This document shows positions 22,616-33,144 of a DNA stretch of 64,000 bases, piece after piece. The position numbers and the translations under genes were made by a program. Position 1 is the first letter of the stretch. The number at the start of each line of letters is the position of its first letter. This DNA comes from an uncultured Gemmatimonadales bacterium (lineage in GTDB: Bacteria; Gemmatimonadota; Gemmatimonadetes; Longimicrobiales; Longimicrobiaceae), in NCBI GenBank assembly GCA_963716255.1, contig OY970303.1, positions 608,001 to 672,000 of the forward strand. The letters run 5' to 3'. The notes below the pieces were generated by a model. The model was given only the letters and a program-made list of their open reading frames with translations, did no database searches and was not told the DNA's origin.

Positions 22616-24316
22616 ATGAGCCACGAGACCCCCTTCTCCCCCCTCGCGCGCGCGGCCCACCTGCGGGCGCTGGGCGAAGCGCGCTTCGACGTGCTGGTGG
22701 TGGGCGGGGGGATCACCGGCGCGGGCGTGGCGCTGGACGCGGCGACGCGCGGCCTGCGCACGGCGCTGGTGGAGGCGGGCGACTTCGCGGAGGGCACCAG
22801 CTCCCGCTCGTCCCGCCTGGTGCACGGCGGCCTGCGCTACCTGGAGACGGGCGACTTCCGCCTGGTCTTCGAGGCGCTGGCGGAGCGCCGCCGCCTGCTG
22901 GAGCTGGCCTCCCACCTGGTCCACCCCCTCCCCTTCCTGTTCCCGCTCTACCGCACGGGCCCGGTCCCCTTCCGCAAGCTGCAGGCGGGGATGTGGCTGT
23001 ACGACCTGCTCGCCCTGTTCCGGGGGGTGCGGCGCCACCGCATGCTCCGCCACCGCGCGGTGCTTGCCGCGGAGCCGCGCCTGGCGCGGGAGGGGCTGGT
23101 GGGCGGCGCGGAGTACTTCGACGCGTCGGTGGACGACGCGCGCCTGGCGCTGGCGGTGGCGCGGGGCGCGCACGGGGCCGGGGCGGCGGTGGTGTCGCAC
23201 GCGGCGGTGACGGGCTTCCTGCGCGACGACGCGGGCGCGGTGCGTGGGGCACGCATCCGCGACGCGCTCACGGGCGGGGAGGTGGAGGCGCGGGCGGACG
23301 TGGTGGTGAACGCCACCGGGCCCTGGAGCGACGCGCTGCGCCGCCTGGCGGACCCGGACGCCGCGCCGCGCCTGCGCCCCACCAAGGGCGTGCACCTGGT
23401 GCTGGAGCGCGGGCGGGTGGGGAACGCGGGGGCGCTGATCTTCCCCTCGCCGCTGGACGGGCGGATCATGTTCGTGCTCCCCTGGGGCGCCTTCACCTAC
23501 GTGGGGACCACGGACACGGACTTCGCCGGGGACCCGGGCGAGGCGTCGGCGACGGAGGCGGACGTGGAGTACCTCCTGGACTCGGCGAACGCGCTCTTCC
23601 CGGAGGCGGTGCTGACCGCGGCGGACGTGCTCAGCACCTGGACCGGGGTGCGCCCCCTGCTGGCCCCGGAGCGCGGCGGCGACGGGGTGGCGGAAAGCGC
23701 GACCTCGCGCGAGCACGAGATCTGGCAGGACGGCGGGGGGCTGGTGAGCGTGGCGGGCGGCAAGCTGACCACCTACCGGGTGATGGCCGCGCAGACGGCG
23801 GACGTCGTGGTGGAGGTGCTGCGCCGGGAGCGCGAGGTCGCCGCGACCGAATCCGTCACCGCCGACCTCCATCTCCCCGGCGCGCCGACGGAACCGTGGG
23901 AGCGATTCGAGGCGCGCGTCGTGGCGGACGCGGCGCGGGCGGGGCTGCCGGACGCGACCGCGCGCCACCTGGCGCGCGCCTACGGCGAGGACGCGCAGGC
24001 GGTCCTCGCGGCGGTGGCGGCGGACCCGGCGCTCGGGCGGCCGCTGCTGGACGGCCTGCCCTACGTGTGGGCGGAGGTGCCGCACGCGGTGGGCGGCGAG
24101 ATGGCGCTGACGCTGGAGGACGTGCTGCGCCGGCGGCTGCACGTGTTCTACGAGGCGCGGGACGGCGGGCTGGAGATCGCGGCGGAGGTGGCGGAGCGGA
24201 TGGCGGAGCTGCCGGGACTGGGGTGGGACGCGGCGGAAACCGGGCGCCAGGTGGAGGCGTACCGGGAGGCGGTGGAGGCGACGCGGCCGGCCCGGCCCTC
24301 ACCCGGCTCGCTTTAG
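22616..24316 (+). CDS. glpD: FAD-dependent glycerol-3-phosphate dehydrogenase
   Basis: GGGITGAG, GTSSRSSRLVHGGLRYL, GTTD and GGKLTTYR motifs. Confidence 0.93.
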   Translation: MSHETPFSPLARAAHLRALGEARFDVLVVGGGITGAGVALDAATRGLRTALVEAGDFAEGTSSRSSRLVHGGLRYLETGDFRLVFEALAERRRLLELASHLVHPLPFLFPLYRTGPVPFRKLQAGMWLYDLLALFRGVRRHRMLRHRAVLAAEPRLAREGLVGGAEYFDASVDDARLALAVARGAHGAGAAVVSHAAVTGFLRDDAGAVRGARIRDALTGGEVEARADVVVNATGPWSDALRRLADPDAAPRLRPTKGVHLVLERGRVGNAGALIFPSPLDGRIMFVLPWGAFTYVGTTDTDFAGDPGEASATEADVEYLLDSANALFPEAVLTAADVLSTWTGVRPLLAPERGGDGVAESATSREHEIWQDGGGLVSVAGGKLTTYRVMAAQTADVVVEVLRREREVAATESVTADLHLPGAPTEPWERFEARVVADAARAGLPDATARHLARAYGEDAQAVLAAVAADPALGRPLLDGLPYVWAEVPHAVGGEMALTLEDVLRRRLHVFYEARDGGLEIAAEVAERMAELPGLGWDAAETGRQVEAYREAVEATRPARPSPGSL

Positions 24317-24380
24317 GCTCGCCACCCTTTCCCTTCATCCGGTTCACGCGAAGCGTGAAGCGCCATTCTGGGAGAGGGGG
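24296..24380. repeat. Family D repeat overlapping the glpD stop
   Basis: CCCTCACCCGGCTCGCTTTAGGCTCGCCACCCTTTCCC...GGGAGAGGG. Confidence 0.8.
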
Positions 24381-24413
24381 CAACGGCTGGACATAGAGTA
24401 CGGGCAGGCAGTT

Positions 24414-24557
24414 GCGTGAGGGATTTCGGCCCGAAGGGGCGAGACCGCGCGGCACCTCAGTTCAGAGGTGCTGGCGCGGGCTCGACTCCGTTGGCGAGCG
24501 TTGTTTGCTCGCTTACGGAGCCGAAGCCCGACCCCGGCGCCAGCCGGGGGCACGCCC
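24414..24557. repeat. Structured repeat family A, copy 2 (inverted, one arm replaced)
   Basis: GCGTGAGGGATTTC...CACGCCC. Confidence 0.95.
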
Positions 24558-24588
24558 AAACCTGCCGTGACGAGCAGTTCAGCCGTCT

Positions 24589-24765
24589 CTATCCCACGAA
24601 CATCGGCGACAGGAGCCAGAGCGCCGCGGCCGCCAGCGCGAGCACTCCGAGGACCACCGCCACCCCCTGGCCGACGCTCCGCCCCCGGGTCGGCACCTCG
24701 TCCTTGACGTGCGGGACGGGCTGGGACCCTCCCTCGAACGGCGGATCACGATCGGGCGTGCTCAA
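24589..24765 (-). CDS. 58-aa small membrane protein
   Basis: TTG start with GGAGGGAG upstream; MSTPDRDPPFEGG...VAVVLGVLALAAAALWLLSPMFVG; not in the ORF track. Confidence 0.6.
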   Translation of the reverse strand: MSTPDRDPPFEGGSQPVPHVKDEVPTRGRSVGQGVAVVLGVLALAAAALWLLSPMFVG

Positions 24766-24838
24766 TTGCGCTCCCTCCCCACGGGTGGATTCGGATGCCG
24801 ACGGGCCGCTCCTCCGCGCAACCCGCGTGCCCGCCGGG

Positions 24839-25843
24839 TCACGGGATGATCACCGGCTGCGGCCGGCGCGTGACGGTGTCGGGCCGCGCCGGAGACTCCT
24901 CCTGCTGCTCCTCGGCTTCCTCCTCGCGGCGCCGCTCCGCCTCCTCCTGGCGCCGGCGCTCCGCTTCCTGCGTCCGCCGCCGCTGGGCCTCCGTGGGCGC
25001 CTGCTGCTTGGGCACAGCGCGTGGGGGCTGCTGCTGCGCGCGCGGCTGCGGGGTGCCCGCGGCGGGCGGCCTCGCCTGTCCGGGCGCGGCCGCGGGCGGA
25101 GCGCCCGGACGCACGGCCGGCTGCCCCGGGGCCTGGCCGGGCACCTGCGCCGGGCCGGCGGGCGGCACCGCCGCCGCGCGGGCCGAGTCGGCAAGGCGCA
25201 CCGAGTCCGCCCGCAGCGAGTCCGCGAGCCGCAGCGAGTCGCGGCGCACCGAGTCGGCGCGGATGGAGTCCACGTTGAGCTTGACGAAGCCGCCCTGGTA
25301 GCGGACGAAGGGCTGCCGCACGGCGGTGCGCACCAGGGCGGCCCTGGCCCCGGTGGACCACGTCTGCGCGGCGGAGAGCGAGGTCAGCTCGATCCACAGC
25401 GTGTCGCGCTTCACCCGCCCGGCGATGAAGCTCCCCGCCCCGTCCGGCCCGAACGCCACCACCGAAAGGATCCCGTCGCGCCGCACCTCGCCCACGAACG
25501 GGAACTGCTGCCCGTCGCGCACGTAGGCGCCGGCGACCGAGTCCAGCCGCTGCGTGCGCACCGCCAGCGCGCCCGGGGGGAGCATCCCCGCCCCCTCCGT
25601 GACGGTGTCGCGCACCGGCAGCTCCCAGCCGGCGAAGCGCCAGGTGCCCGCCACCTCGGGGAGCCCGGCGCGCGCCTCGGGGCTGGGGCGCTTCAGCGCG
25701 GGGAGCGGCTGCACGTCCACGCCTTCGGCCTCCTCGCAGGCGGCGAGGACGAGCAGGAGGAGCGCGGCACGCCGCGGCGCTGCGAGGACGGCGGGGAACA
25801 TCCTGGACTTTGGCATCGGCTGGAACCCTGGAAGACGTGTCAC
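24839..25843 (-). CDS. Putative lipoprotein with Pro/Ala/Gln-rich C-terminal tail
   Basis: LLLLVLAAC lipobox; RADS repeats; start uncertain. Confidence 0.7.
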   Translation of the reverse strand: MTRLPGFQPMPKSRMFPAVLAAPRRAALLLLVLAACEEAEGVDVQPLPALKRPSPEARAGLPEVAGTWRFAGWELPVRDTVTEGAGMLPPGALAVRTQRLDSVAGAYVRDGQQFPFVGEVRRDGILSVVAFGPDGAGSFIAGRVKRDTLWIELTSLSAAQTWSTGARAALVRTAVRQPFVRYQGGFVKLNVDSIRADSVRRDSLRLADSLRADSVRLADSARAAAVPPAGPAQVPGQAPGQPAVRPGAPPAAAPGQARPPAAGTPQPRAQQQPPRAVPKQQAPTEAQRRRTQEAERRRQEEAERRREEEAEEQQEESPARPDTVTRRPQPVIIP

Positions 25844-25910
25844 GCCCGGGCGATACCGGGGCGGGTTGCGCCCCTGTTGGCGCAGTTTCCGCCAGTGCGC
25901 GCGCGGGAGG

Positions 25911-25939
25911 TTGACATCATGTGGCGCATTCCGTACTTT
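25911..25939 (+). promoter_or_regulatory. Putative sigma70 promoter of the Fur-family gene
   Basis: TTGACA-N17-TACTTT. Confidence 0.6.
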
Positions 25940-25998
25940 GCTGATCAGGCTACGACCGGACCCTGGGATCCGTCCGGACGAACTCCTACGAGGCCGTC

Positions 25999-26448
25999 AT
26001 GTTCACCACCTCACGAACCGTACCGTCCGACGCGGACACCGTGCTGCGGGCGGCGCTGGAAGCCAACGGGCAGCGCTACACCGACCAGCGCGCCGCCGTC
26101 TACCGGTTCCTGTGCGCCACCCTGGAGCACCCCACGGCGGACGAGGTGTTCACCGCGGTCCGCGCCCACATCGCCGACATCTCGCTGGCCACGGTCTACA
26201 AGGCGCTGGAAACGCTGGTCACCTGCGAGCTCGCCATCAAGCTGACCTACGGCGACGGCTCGGCGCGCTACGACGCCCGCACGGACGACCACTGCCACTC
26301 GCGGTGCCTGGGCTGCGGCAACGTGCGCGACATCCCCGACCACCACGTGGCGGCGCTTCCCCGGATCGAGGTGGGCGACGGGTTCGCGGCCCAGGGGTAC
26401 CGGGTGGAGGTCGTCGGGCTCTGCCGGTCCTGTACGGCGTCGCACTGA
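25999..26448 (+). CDS. Fur-family transcriptional regulator (PerR-like)
   Basis: TDQR, HPTADEV, SLATVY, HCH..CLGC and C-terminal CRSC motifs. Confidence 0.92.
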   Translation: MFTTSRTVPSDADTVLRAALEANGQRYTDQRAAVYRFLCATLEHPTADEVFTAVRAHIADISLATVYKALETLVTCELAIKLTYGDGSARYDARTDDHCHSRCLGCGNVRDIPDHHVAALPRIEVGDGFAAQGYRVEVVGLCRSCTASH

Positions 26449-26474
26449 GGGTTTCTCTTCCAGGTTGTCGATTC

Positions 26475-26514
26475 GGGCGCTCTCCGGCTTCGTGCCGGGG
26501 GGCGCTTTCGTTTT
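26475..26514 (+). terminator. Intrinsic terminator after the Fur-family gene
   Basis: GCGCTCTCCGGC-TTCGT-GCCGGGGGGCGC followed by TTTCGTTTT. Confidence 0.65.
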
Positions 26515-26546
26515 GTACGGCCACGGCTTACGGCTACGGCGGGTTC

Positions 26547-26672
26547 GGGCGTGCCCCCGGCTGGCGCCGGGGTCGGGCTTCGGCTCCGTAGAGCAGCAAA
26601 CAACGCTGCTCAACGGAGTCGAGCCCCGCAAACTGCGCGGGTCTCGCCCCTTCGGGCCGAAATCCCTCACGC
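26547..26672. repeat. Structured repeat family A, copy 3
   Basis: Matches copy 1 apart from co-varying stems. Confidence 0.95.
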
Positions 26673-26678
26673 GACAGG

Positions 26679-26860
26679 CCCCCTCCCCCCGGCCCCCTCC
26701 CCCGCAAGCGGGAGAGGGGGAGCACTGCGTCGCGTCCACGGACACCCGGCGGGCGTCCTGGGCGCCCCCACCCGGCTCGCTTGAGGCTCGCCACCCTCCC
26801 CCAATTCTGGGGGAGGGTTTCCTGTCGTTCTGGGATTTGCGCCGGGAGGTCGGGGGAGGG
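26679..26860. repeat. Family D repeat cluster
   Basis: CCCTCCCCCGCAAGCGGGAGAGGG and CACCCGGCTCGCTTGAGGCTCGCCACCCTCCCCC...GGGGGAGGG. Confidence 0.8.
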
Positions 26861-27159
26861 TCCGCAGGCAGTGCGTTTGTTCGAAGCCAGCGTGATCCCG
26901 CCCTCACTCGGAGGGCTGGCGAGTGCTCTGCGAGTCCCTTCGGGTGTCGCACTGCCGGAGGAGCCGCCCCCGGCCGACCCCATACCCGGAGCCCGCCGGT
27001 GCGCGCAGTCGTTGCTCCGCTCTCCGCCCGGCACCGGTCCGCCGGGCGAATGATGGACGGCGTTCGCGGCGGGTGTCAAGCGTTGATGAACCGGTCCCGC
27101 GGGGAGAGATTGGGGTGGCCCGGAGACATGGGCGCGAGCGACAACGGAAGGGGAGGACG

Positions 27160-28707
27160 ATGAAGCACGGACCGAGCGACCCCGCGGACTTCCGCGGGGC
27201 CTTCCTGCGGGACCCCGAGGCGCGAGGCCCCTTCGGCGCGGCGTCGGGGATCCTGCGCATGACGCCGGATGCGGTGGCGACCCCGGAGGACGCCGAGGAC
27301 CTGGCGGCGCTGGCGCGCTGGGCGGGGCGCACCCGCACGGCGCTGGTGCCGCGCGGCGCGGGGACAGGGATGCCGGGGGGCAACGTGGGGCGCGGGGTCG
27401 CGGTGGACCTGGTGGCGCGCTTCCGGGGGGTGGAGGAGGTGGACGCGGAGGGGCGGCTCGTCCGGGTGCGGCCGGGAACCACGCTGGCGGAGCTGAACGC
27501 GGCCTGCGCCCCGCACGGGCTGCACTTTCCCGTGGACCCGTCCAGCGGCGCGCGAGCCACGCTGGGAGGGATGATCGCCAACAACTCCGCCGGGTCGCAC
27601 TCGGTGAAGTACGGGGCGGTGCGGCCGTGGGTGCAGGCGCTGGAGGTGGTGCTGGCGGACGGCACGCGGGCGTCGCTGGCGAGGGGGGAGGAGCCGCGGG
27701 AGCCGGCGATGCGGCGCATCCTGGACCGGGTGCGCCGCGAGCTGCGTCCGCACCGGGCGCGCATCGAGGCGCGCTGGCCGCGCGTTCGCAAGAACTCGTC
27801 GGGGTACGCGCTGCGCGAGTTCCTGGAGAGCGGCGACGCCGTGGACCTGCTGGTGGGGAGCGAGGGAACGCTGGCGCTGCTCACCGGGGCGACGCTGCGC
27901 CTGGCGCCTCTCCCCGCCGCGCGCGGGCTGGCGCTGCTGGAGTTCACCTCGCTGGAGCACGCCGGCGAGGCCGTGCGCGAAGTGCTGCGCCACGACCCCG
28001 CCACCTGCGAGATGCTGGACCGCACCTTCCTGGACCTGGTGCGCGGCGGCGGCGACCCCGGCTACCCGCTCCGCCCCGGGCTGGAAGCCGTCCTCCTGGT
28101 GGAGGTGGAGCGCGACTCCGCCGCGGAGGTGGAGCGGGCGCTCGCCGGGATCGCCGCCGCGCTGGAGGGCGTGGCGGACCGCGTGGTCGCCGCCAGCGAC
28201 CCGGACGAGCAGGAGCGGCTCTGGCACCTGCGGCACGCCGCCTCCCCGCTGATCGCGGCGCGGGCCGGCGGCCGCGTGTCCATGCAGTTCATCGAGGACG
28301 GCGTGGTGCCCGTGGAGCGCCTCCCCGAGTACGTCCGCGCGCTCCGCGGCACGCTGGAGCGGCACGCGCTCCCGGCGGTCATCTTCGGGCACGCGGGCGA
28401 CGGCAACCTGCACGTGAACCCGCTGGTGGACGTGGCCGCGGCGGGGTGGCAGCGGCAGGTGGAGGGAATCGTGTACGAGATCGCGGACGCGGTGGCCGCG
28501 CTGGGCGGCACCATGGCCGGCGAGCACGGCGACGGGCGGCTGCGCGCGCCCGTGCTGGAAACCATCTGGGGCGCGGAGATGGTGGCGCTCTTCCGGCGCG
28601 TCAAGGAGGCCTTCGACCCGGCGGGGATCCTGAACCCCGGGGTGATCCTCCCCCTCCCCGGGCAGCGCCCGCTGGACGCCGTCGGCGAGTACCCGGCGCC
28701 GGCCTGA
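27160..28707 (+). CDS. FAD-binding oxidoreductase (GlcD/D-lactate dehydrogenase family)
   Basis: PRGAGT, DPSS..ATLGGM, GSEGTL, GHAGDGNLH, GEHGDG and FDPAGILNPG motifs. Confidence 0.92.
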   Translation: MKHGPSDPADFRGAFLRDPEARGPFGAASGILRMTPDAVATPEDAEDLAALARWAGRTRTALVPRGAGTGMPGGNVGRGVAVDLVARFRGVEEVDAEGRLVRVRPGTTLAELNAACAPHGLHFPVDPSSGARATLGGMIANNSAGSHSVKYGAVRPWVQALEVVLADGTRASLARGEEPREPAMRRILDRVRRELRPHRARIEARWPRVRKNSSGYALREFLESGDAVDLLVGSEGTLALLTGATLRLAPLPAARGLALLEFTSLEHAGEAVREVLRHDPATCEMLDRTFLDLVRGGGDPGYPLRPGLEAVLLVEVERDSAAEVERALAGIAAALEGVADRVVAASDPDEQERLWHLRHAASPLIAARAGGRVSMQFIEDGVVPVERLPEYVRALRGTLERHALPAVIFGHAGDGNLHVNPLVDVAAAGWQRQVEGIVYEIADAVAALGGTMAGEHGDGRLRAPVLETIWGAEMVALFRRVKEAFDPAGILNPGVILPLPGQRPLDAVGEYPAPA

Positions 28708-28885
28708 GCCGCGCCCCGGGGGCGCACGGAAACCGCTCGTGGCCGGCGGGTTGCAGGCGGGGCGCGGGGCGGCTCCCGGAAACGGGGAGCCGCCCCCTTG
28801 CGTTCCGCGGGGATGGCGCATACCTTGCTTGCGATTGAAAGCAGGAAGTCTAATTCACCTACTTTTTGAAAGCGTTCGATCCAAA

Positions 28886-29356
28886 TTGGCTCGAATCGAC
28901 AGCATCGACCTGCGCCTGCTGACCCTGCTCCAGGAGCACGGGCGCACCTCGCAGCAGGAACTCGCCCACGCGGTGGGGCTTTCCGGGCCCGCCGTGGGCG
29001 ACCGGCTCCGCAAGCTGGAGGAGGCCGGAGTCATCCGCCACTTCGGCGTCGTGCTGGACCCCAAGAAGCTGGGGCGCGACGTCACCGCCTTCATGGCGGT
29101 GGGGATCAGCGGATCGCAGCACTACGCCGACTTCCTGGAGCGCGTCGACGCGCACCCGGAGATCCTGGAATGCCACTCGGTGACCGGGCAGGGCTCGCAC
29201 CTGCTCAAGGTCCGCACCGAGAGCACCTCCACGCTGGAGCGCCTCCTGGCCGAGATCCAGGCCTGGGAGGGCGTCCAGTGGACGCAGACCAGCATCGTCC
29301 TTTCGACCATCAAGGAGACCAGCCGCCTGTCGCTGGACTCGCCACCCCGCACCTGA
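28886..29356 (+). CDS. Lrp/AsnC-family regulator
   Basis: [16 protein letters not shown] region and ECHSVTG; TTG start inferred. Confidence 0.92.
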   Translation: MARIDSIDLRLLTLLQEHGRTSQQELAHAVGLSGPAVGDRLRKLEEAGVIRHFGVVLDPKKLGRDVTAFMAVGISGSQHYADFLERVDAHPEILECHSVTGQGSHLLKVRTESTSTLERLLAEIQAWEGVQWTQTSIVLSTIKETSRLSLDSPPRT

Positions 29357-29369
29357 AGGACCATCGCCC

Positions 29370-31571
29370 ATGCCCAAGCCCTCGCCCCGCTTCGACACCC
29401 TTGCCGCGGCCACCGGGTGGACCCCGGCCGCCCGCAACGGCCCGGCCGTGGACCGCCGCAAGAGCGAGCTGACGGACATCGAGTCCATCTTCGGCACCAA
29501 CATCTTCGGCCTGGCGGAGATGCGCTCGCGCCTCCCCAAGCAGGTCTACCGGGCCGTCGTGTCCACGCTGGAGCAGGGGCAGCCGCTGGACCCGGCCTTC
29601 GCCGACGCGGTCGCCATCGCCATGAAGGAGTGGGCGCTGGAGCGCGGGGCGTCGCACTTCACCCACTGGTTCCAGCCGCTCACCGGCCTCACCGCCGAGA
29701 AGCACGACTCCTTCATCACGCCCAACGTGGGCGGCGGTGCGGTGGCGGAGTTCAACGGCAAGGAGCTGATCCAGGGCGAGCCGGACGCCTCGTCGTTTCC
29801 CTCGGGCGGGCTGCGCGCCACCTTCGAGGCGCGCGGCTACACCGCGTGGGACCCCACCTCCCCGGCCTTCATCGTGGAGTCGGCGGCGGGGTGCTACCTG
29901 TCCATCCCCACCGCCTTCGCCTCGTGGACGGGCGACGCGCTGGACACCAAGATCCCGCTGCTGCGCTCGGTGAGCGCGCTGGACCAGCAGGCGCGCCGCG
30001 CGCTCAAGCTGTTCGGCGTGGAGGGCGCCCGGGTGAACGCCACCTGCGGGCCGGAGCAGGAGTTCTTCCTCATCGACCAGGAGTTCTACTACCGGCGGCC
30101 CGACCTGGTGACCACCGGGCGCACCCTCTTCGGGGCGAAGCCGCCGCGCGGGCAGGAGCTGGAGGACCACTACTTCGGCTCCATCCCCGACCGGGTGCTC
30201 GCCTTCATGACCGAGGTGGAGCGCGACCTGTACCGGCTGGGCGTGCCGGTGAAGACGCGGCACAACGAGGTGGCGCCCGGACAGTTCGAGATGGCGCCCA
30301 TCTACGAGAACGCCAACCTGGCGGCCGACCACCAGCAGCTGATGATGCTGACGCTGCGCGGCGTCGCGCGGAAGTACGGCATGGCGTGCCTGCTGGCGGA
30401 GAAGCCCTTCGCCGGGGTGAACGGGAGCGGCAAGCACCTCAACTGGTCGCTGGGAACGGAGTCCGCCAACCTGCTTGAGCCGGGCGACACGCCGCACGAC
30501 AACATGCAGTTCCTGTTCTTCTGCGTGGCCGTGCTGCGGGCGGTGGACCGGCACCAGGACCTGATCCGGGCCTCGGTGGCCTTCGCGGGGAACGACCACC
30601 GCCTGGGCGCCAACGAGGCCCCGCCGGCGATCATCTCGGTGTTCCTGGGCGACCAGCTCACCGACGTGCTGGAGCAGCTGGTGGAGAGCGGGAGCGCCAC
30701 CTCCAGCAAGCAGAGCGGGCTGCTGGGGCTGGGCGCGCAGGTGCTCCCCCACATCCCGCAGCACGCGGGCGACCGCAACCGCACCTCGCCCTTCGCCTTC
30801 ACCGGCAACAAGTTCGAGTTCCGGGCGCTGGGGGCGTCGCAGTCCGTGTCCTTCCCGGCCACGGTGCTCAACACCATCATGGCCGAGTCGCTGGACGAGA
30901 TGTGCTCGATGCTGGAGGGCGAGCTCCAGGGCGGCGCCGACTTCGAGGAGGCGCTCCGCCGGCTGCTGTCCACGGAGATGCGCCGGGTGCGCCGCATCGT
31001 CTTCAACGGCGACGGCTACAACGAGGAGTGGCACCACGAGGCGGAGAGCCGGGGGCTCCTCAACCTGCGCACCACGCTGGACGCCCTGGAGATGCTGGCC
31101 ACGGACAAGAACCGGGAGCTCTTCGCCAAGTACGGCGTCCTGTCGCACCGGGAACTGGAGTCGCGGCACGAGGTGGCGCTGGACCAGTACTTCAAGACCA
31201 TCAACATCGAGGGCGAGACCACCGCCGACATCGCCAGCACCATGATCCTGCCGGCGGCGGTGCGCTACCTGGGCGACCTGCTGGCCGCCACCGACCGCTC
31301 GCGCGGGCTGGGGCTGGAGGCCGGCGGCCTGCGGCGCACCGCGGAAAAGGTGAACGGGCTGGTGGACGAGCTGCGCGACGCGCTGGACCGGCTCATCGAG
31401 CAGAACGAGGAGCTGGGCGGCGAGGAGGTGCACTCCAAGGCGTACCACATGCGCGACCACGTGGTCCCGGCGATGCTGGCGGTGCGCGGCGTCGCGGACC
31501 GGCTGGAAAAGGTGGTGCCGGACGACTACTGGCCGCTCCCCACCTACCGGGACATGCTGTTCGTGAAGTAG
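29370..31571 (+). CDS. Glutamine synthetase type III
   Basis: [67 protein letters not shown] and WPLPTY motifs. Confidence 0.96.
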   Translation: MPKPSPRFDTLAAATGWTPAARNGPAVDRRKSELTDIESIFGTNIFGLAEMRSRLPKQVYRAVVSTLEQGQPLDPAFADAVAIAMKEWALERGASHFTHWFQPLTGLTAEKHDSFITPNVGGGAVAEFNGKELIQGEPDASSFPSGGLRATFEARGYTAWDPTSPAFIVESAAGCYLSIPTAFASWTGDALDTKIPLLRSVSALDQQARRALKLFGVEGARVNATCGPEQEFFLIDQEFYYRRPDLVTTGRTLFGAKPPRGQELEDHYFGSIPDRVLAFMTEVERDLYRLGVPVKTRHNEVAPGQFEMAPIYENANLAADHQQLMMLTLRGVARKYGMACLLAEKPFAGVNGSGKHLNWSLGTESANLLEPGDTPHDNMQFLFFCVAVLRAVDRHQDLIRASVAFAGNDHRLGANEAPPAIISVFLGDQLTDVLEQLVESGSATSSKQSGLLGLGAQVLPHIPQHAGDRNRTSPFAFTGNKFEFRALGASQSVSFPATVLNTIMAESLDEMCSMLEGELQGGADFEEALRRLLSTEMRRVRRIVFNGDGYNEEWHHEAESRGLLNLRTTLDALEMLATDKNRELFAKYGVLSHRELESRHEVALDQYFKTINIEGETTADIASTMILPAAVRYLGDLLAATDRSRGLGLEAGGLRRTAEKVNGLVDELRDALDRLIEQNEELGGEEVHSKAYHMRDHVVPAMLAVRGVADRLEKVVPDDYWPLPTYRDMLFVK

Positions 31572-31606
31572 CCGGTCCGGACGGAGCGGGATGAACGGCA
31601 GGGTTC

Positions 31607-31708
31607 GGGCGTGCCCCCGGCTGGCGCCGGGGTCGGGCTGCGGCTCCGTAGCAGACGAAACGACCGTCTGCAACGGAGTCGAGCCCCGACGATACTGCTG
31701 TCGGGTCT
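31607..31708. repeat. Structured repeat family A, copy 4, left part (IS-interrupted)
   Basis: Element stops at GTCT 31705-31708 and resumes at 33035. Confidence 0.92.
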
Positions 31709-33034
31709 GAGCAACCGGATTGATGCTTGACACCACAGACCGGGTTGATGCTTGACACTTCTGGTCTATCAAGTTCCACCTCGGGGGGTGTCCGGCGTCA
31801 GCCGGAGAGTTCCCCCGTTCGCTCGTCCAGCCGCGCCAGGAGCAGGTCGTAGAAGTAGATCGACCACACTCCGTCCTCGATCTCCTCCAACGCCACCTCC
31901 TGCCCGATCAGCAACTCGCTGAGGAAGATCGTCCGGTCGCGGAAGTACAGGATCCCGTTACCCCGCACCCGGCGCACCACACAATGCCCCGCGTACTGCG
32001 GCGGGGCGATTTGCTCCGGCATCTCTCGCTCGCACGCCACGTAGAGCGAGCCCGGGGTCTGCATCTCCAGCGCCTGGTGAGGCCGCTCTTCGTTGAACTC
32101 GCGCCGGAAGGCATCGAATCGCTCCTGCTGCACCTGGACGTTGGCCGCCGGGGGCCGCAGCGTGCCCGCCTTGAGCGTGCGATGCATCCGCTCGTGCGAG
32201 CCGTTCTGCTCCGGATGGGCCGGCTCGATCCGCTCGTGCTTGATCCCCATCTGCGTCCACCAGACACTCAGGCGCGAGAGCCCGGCGATGGCTTTCGTGC
32301 AGAACGGGCCTCCATTGTCGCTGCGGATGGCCTGCGGAAGGCCCCGTTCGCGAAAGAGATGCTGGAAGCTCGCGCAGGCTCCCCTGTGCGCGGTCGAACT
32401 CAGTCCCTCACAGGCCAGCAGGTAGCGGGTGTGAGTGTCCGTGACGGTCAGCGGGTAGCACAGCGTCCCGTCGCCCATGCGGAACTCGCCCTTGAAGTCG
32501 GCGTTCCACAGCTGGTTGGCGGCCTCCACCGTGTGTGAGACTCGCCCCGGGTGAGACCACTCCCGCCGGTGCGGCCGAGACTCCACCAGCCCCTCCCGCT
32601 TGTACAGGTCTCCCACCGTGCTCGCCGCCGGCAACTCCAACTCGGGTCGGCGCGGGCGTAACCAGACCAGGATTTTACGGGGGCCCCAATCCGGATGCGC
32701 TTTGCGGGCCTTCAGCAGCGCGGTCCGGACCTCCTCCTTCATGCGGTGCGGACAGGACTTCGGTGCATGGCTGCCGGAAGCCAGCCCCGCAATTCCCTCC
32801 TGCTCGTAGCGGTGCAGCCGAGTGTATCCGGCCTGGCGACTGATGCCGAACCGCTCGCACAGCTCCGTCATGCTGTAGAGCCCCTCCTGTGCGAGAACGA
32901 CGAACTTCATCCGCTCATCCATCGGGTTGGTCTGTCTCCACGGCATGGCTCTCCCTAGGTGTGGGCGAGCGCGTAAGCTACCGTGTCAACCATCCTCCCG
33001 GTCTATTCTGTCAACAATCTACCCGGTCCATACC
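31709..33034 (-). mobile_element. IS481-family insertion sequence (~1.33 kb)
   Basis: Transposase; two subterminal ACCGG..GAT..TTGACA repeats at 31714-31757 and inverted at 32984-33027; GTCT duplicated on both flanks; exact ends uncertain by 1-2 nt. Confidence 0.9.
31798..32946 (-). CDS. IS481-family DDE transposase
   Basis: MPW..ERMKFV, WGPRK, WNADFKG, IRSDNG, NGSHERMHRTLK and ERPHQAL motifs. Confidence 0.95.
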   Translation of the reverse strand: MPWRQTNPMDERMKFVVLAQEGLYSMTELCERFGISRQAGYTRLHRYEQEGIAGLASGSHAPKSCPHRMKEEVRTALLKARKAHPDWGPRKILVWLRPRRPELELPAASTVGDLYKREGLVESRPHRREWSHPGRVSHTVEAANQLWNADFKGEFRMGDGTLCYPLTVTDTHTRYLLACEGLSSTAHRGACASFQHLFRERGLPQAIRSDNGGPFCTKAIAGLSRLSVWWTQMGIKHERIEPAHPEQNGSHERMHRTLKAGTLRPPAANVQVQQERFDAFRREFNEERPHQALEMQTPGSLYVACEREMPEQIAPPQYAGHCVVRRVRGNGILYFRDRTIFLSELLIGQEVALEEIEDGVWSIYFYDLLLARLDERTGELSG

Positions 33035-33066
33035 GTCTCGCCCCTTCGGGCCGACATCCCTCACGC
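33035..33066. repeat. Structured repeat family A, copy 4, right part
   Basis: GTCTCGCCCCTTCGGGCCGACATCCCTCACGC. Confidence 0.9.
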
Positions 33067-33144
33067 AGGCTCCCACGTGACCGCAGGATCCAGCCGGCTC
33101 CGCACCGCTCTCCCCCGCCCCGCCCCGCTTCGCGCCCCTTCCGC

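Noticed and set aside
26895..26975. SAM-I-like riboswitch (GGAGGGCTGGC) upstream of the FAD oxidoreductase
   Set aside because: Lacks the AUC-AGAG and GCAACC core elements; only short hairpins.
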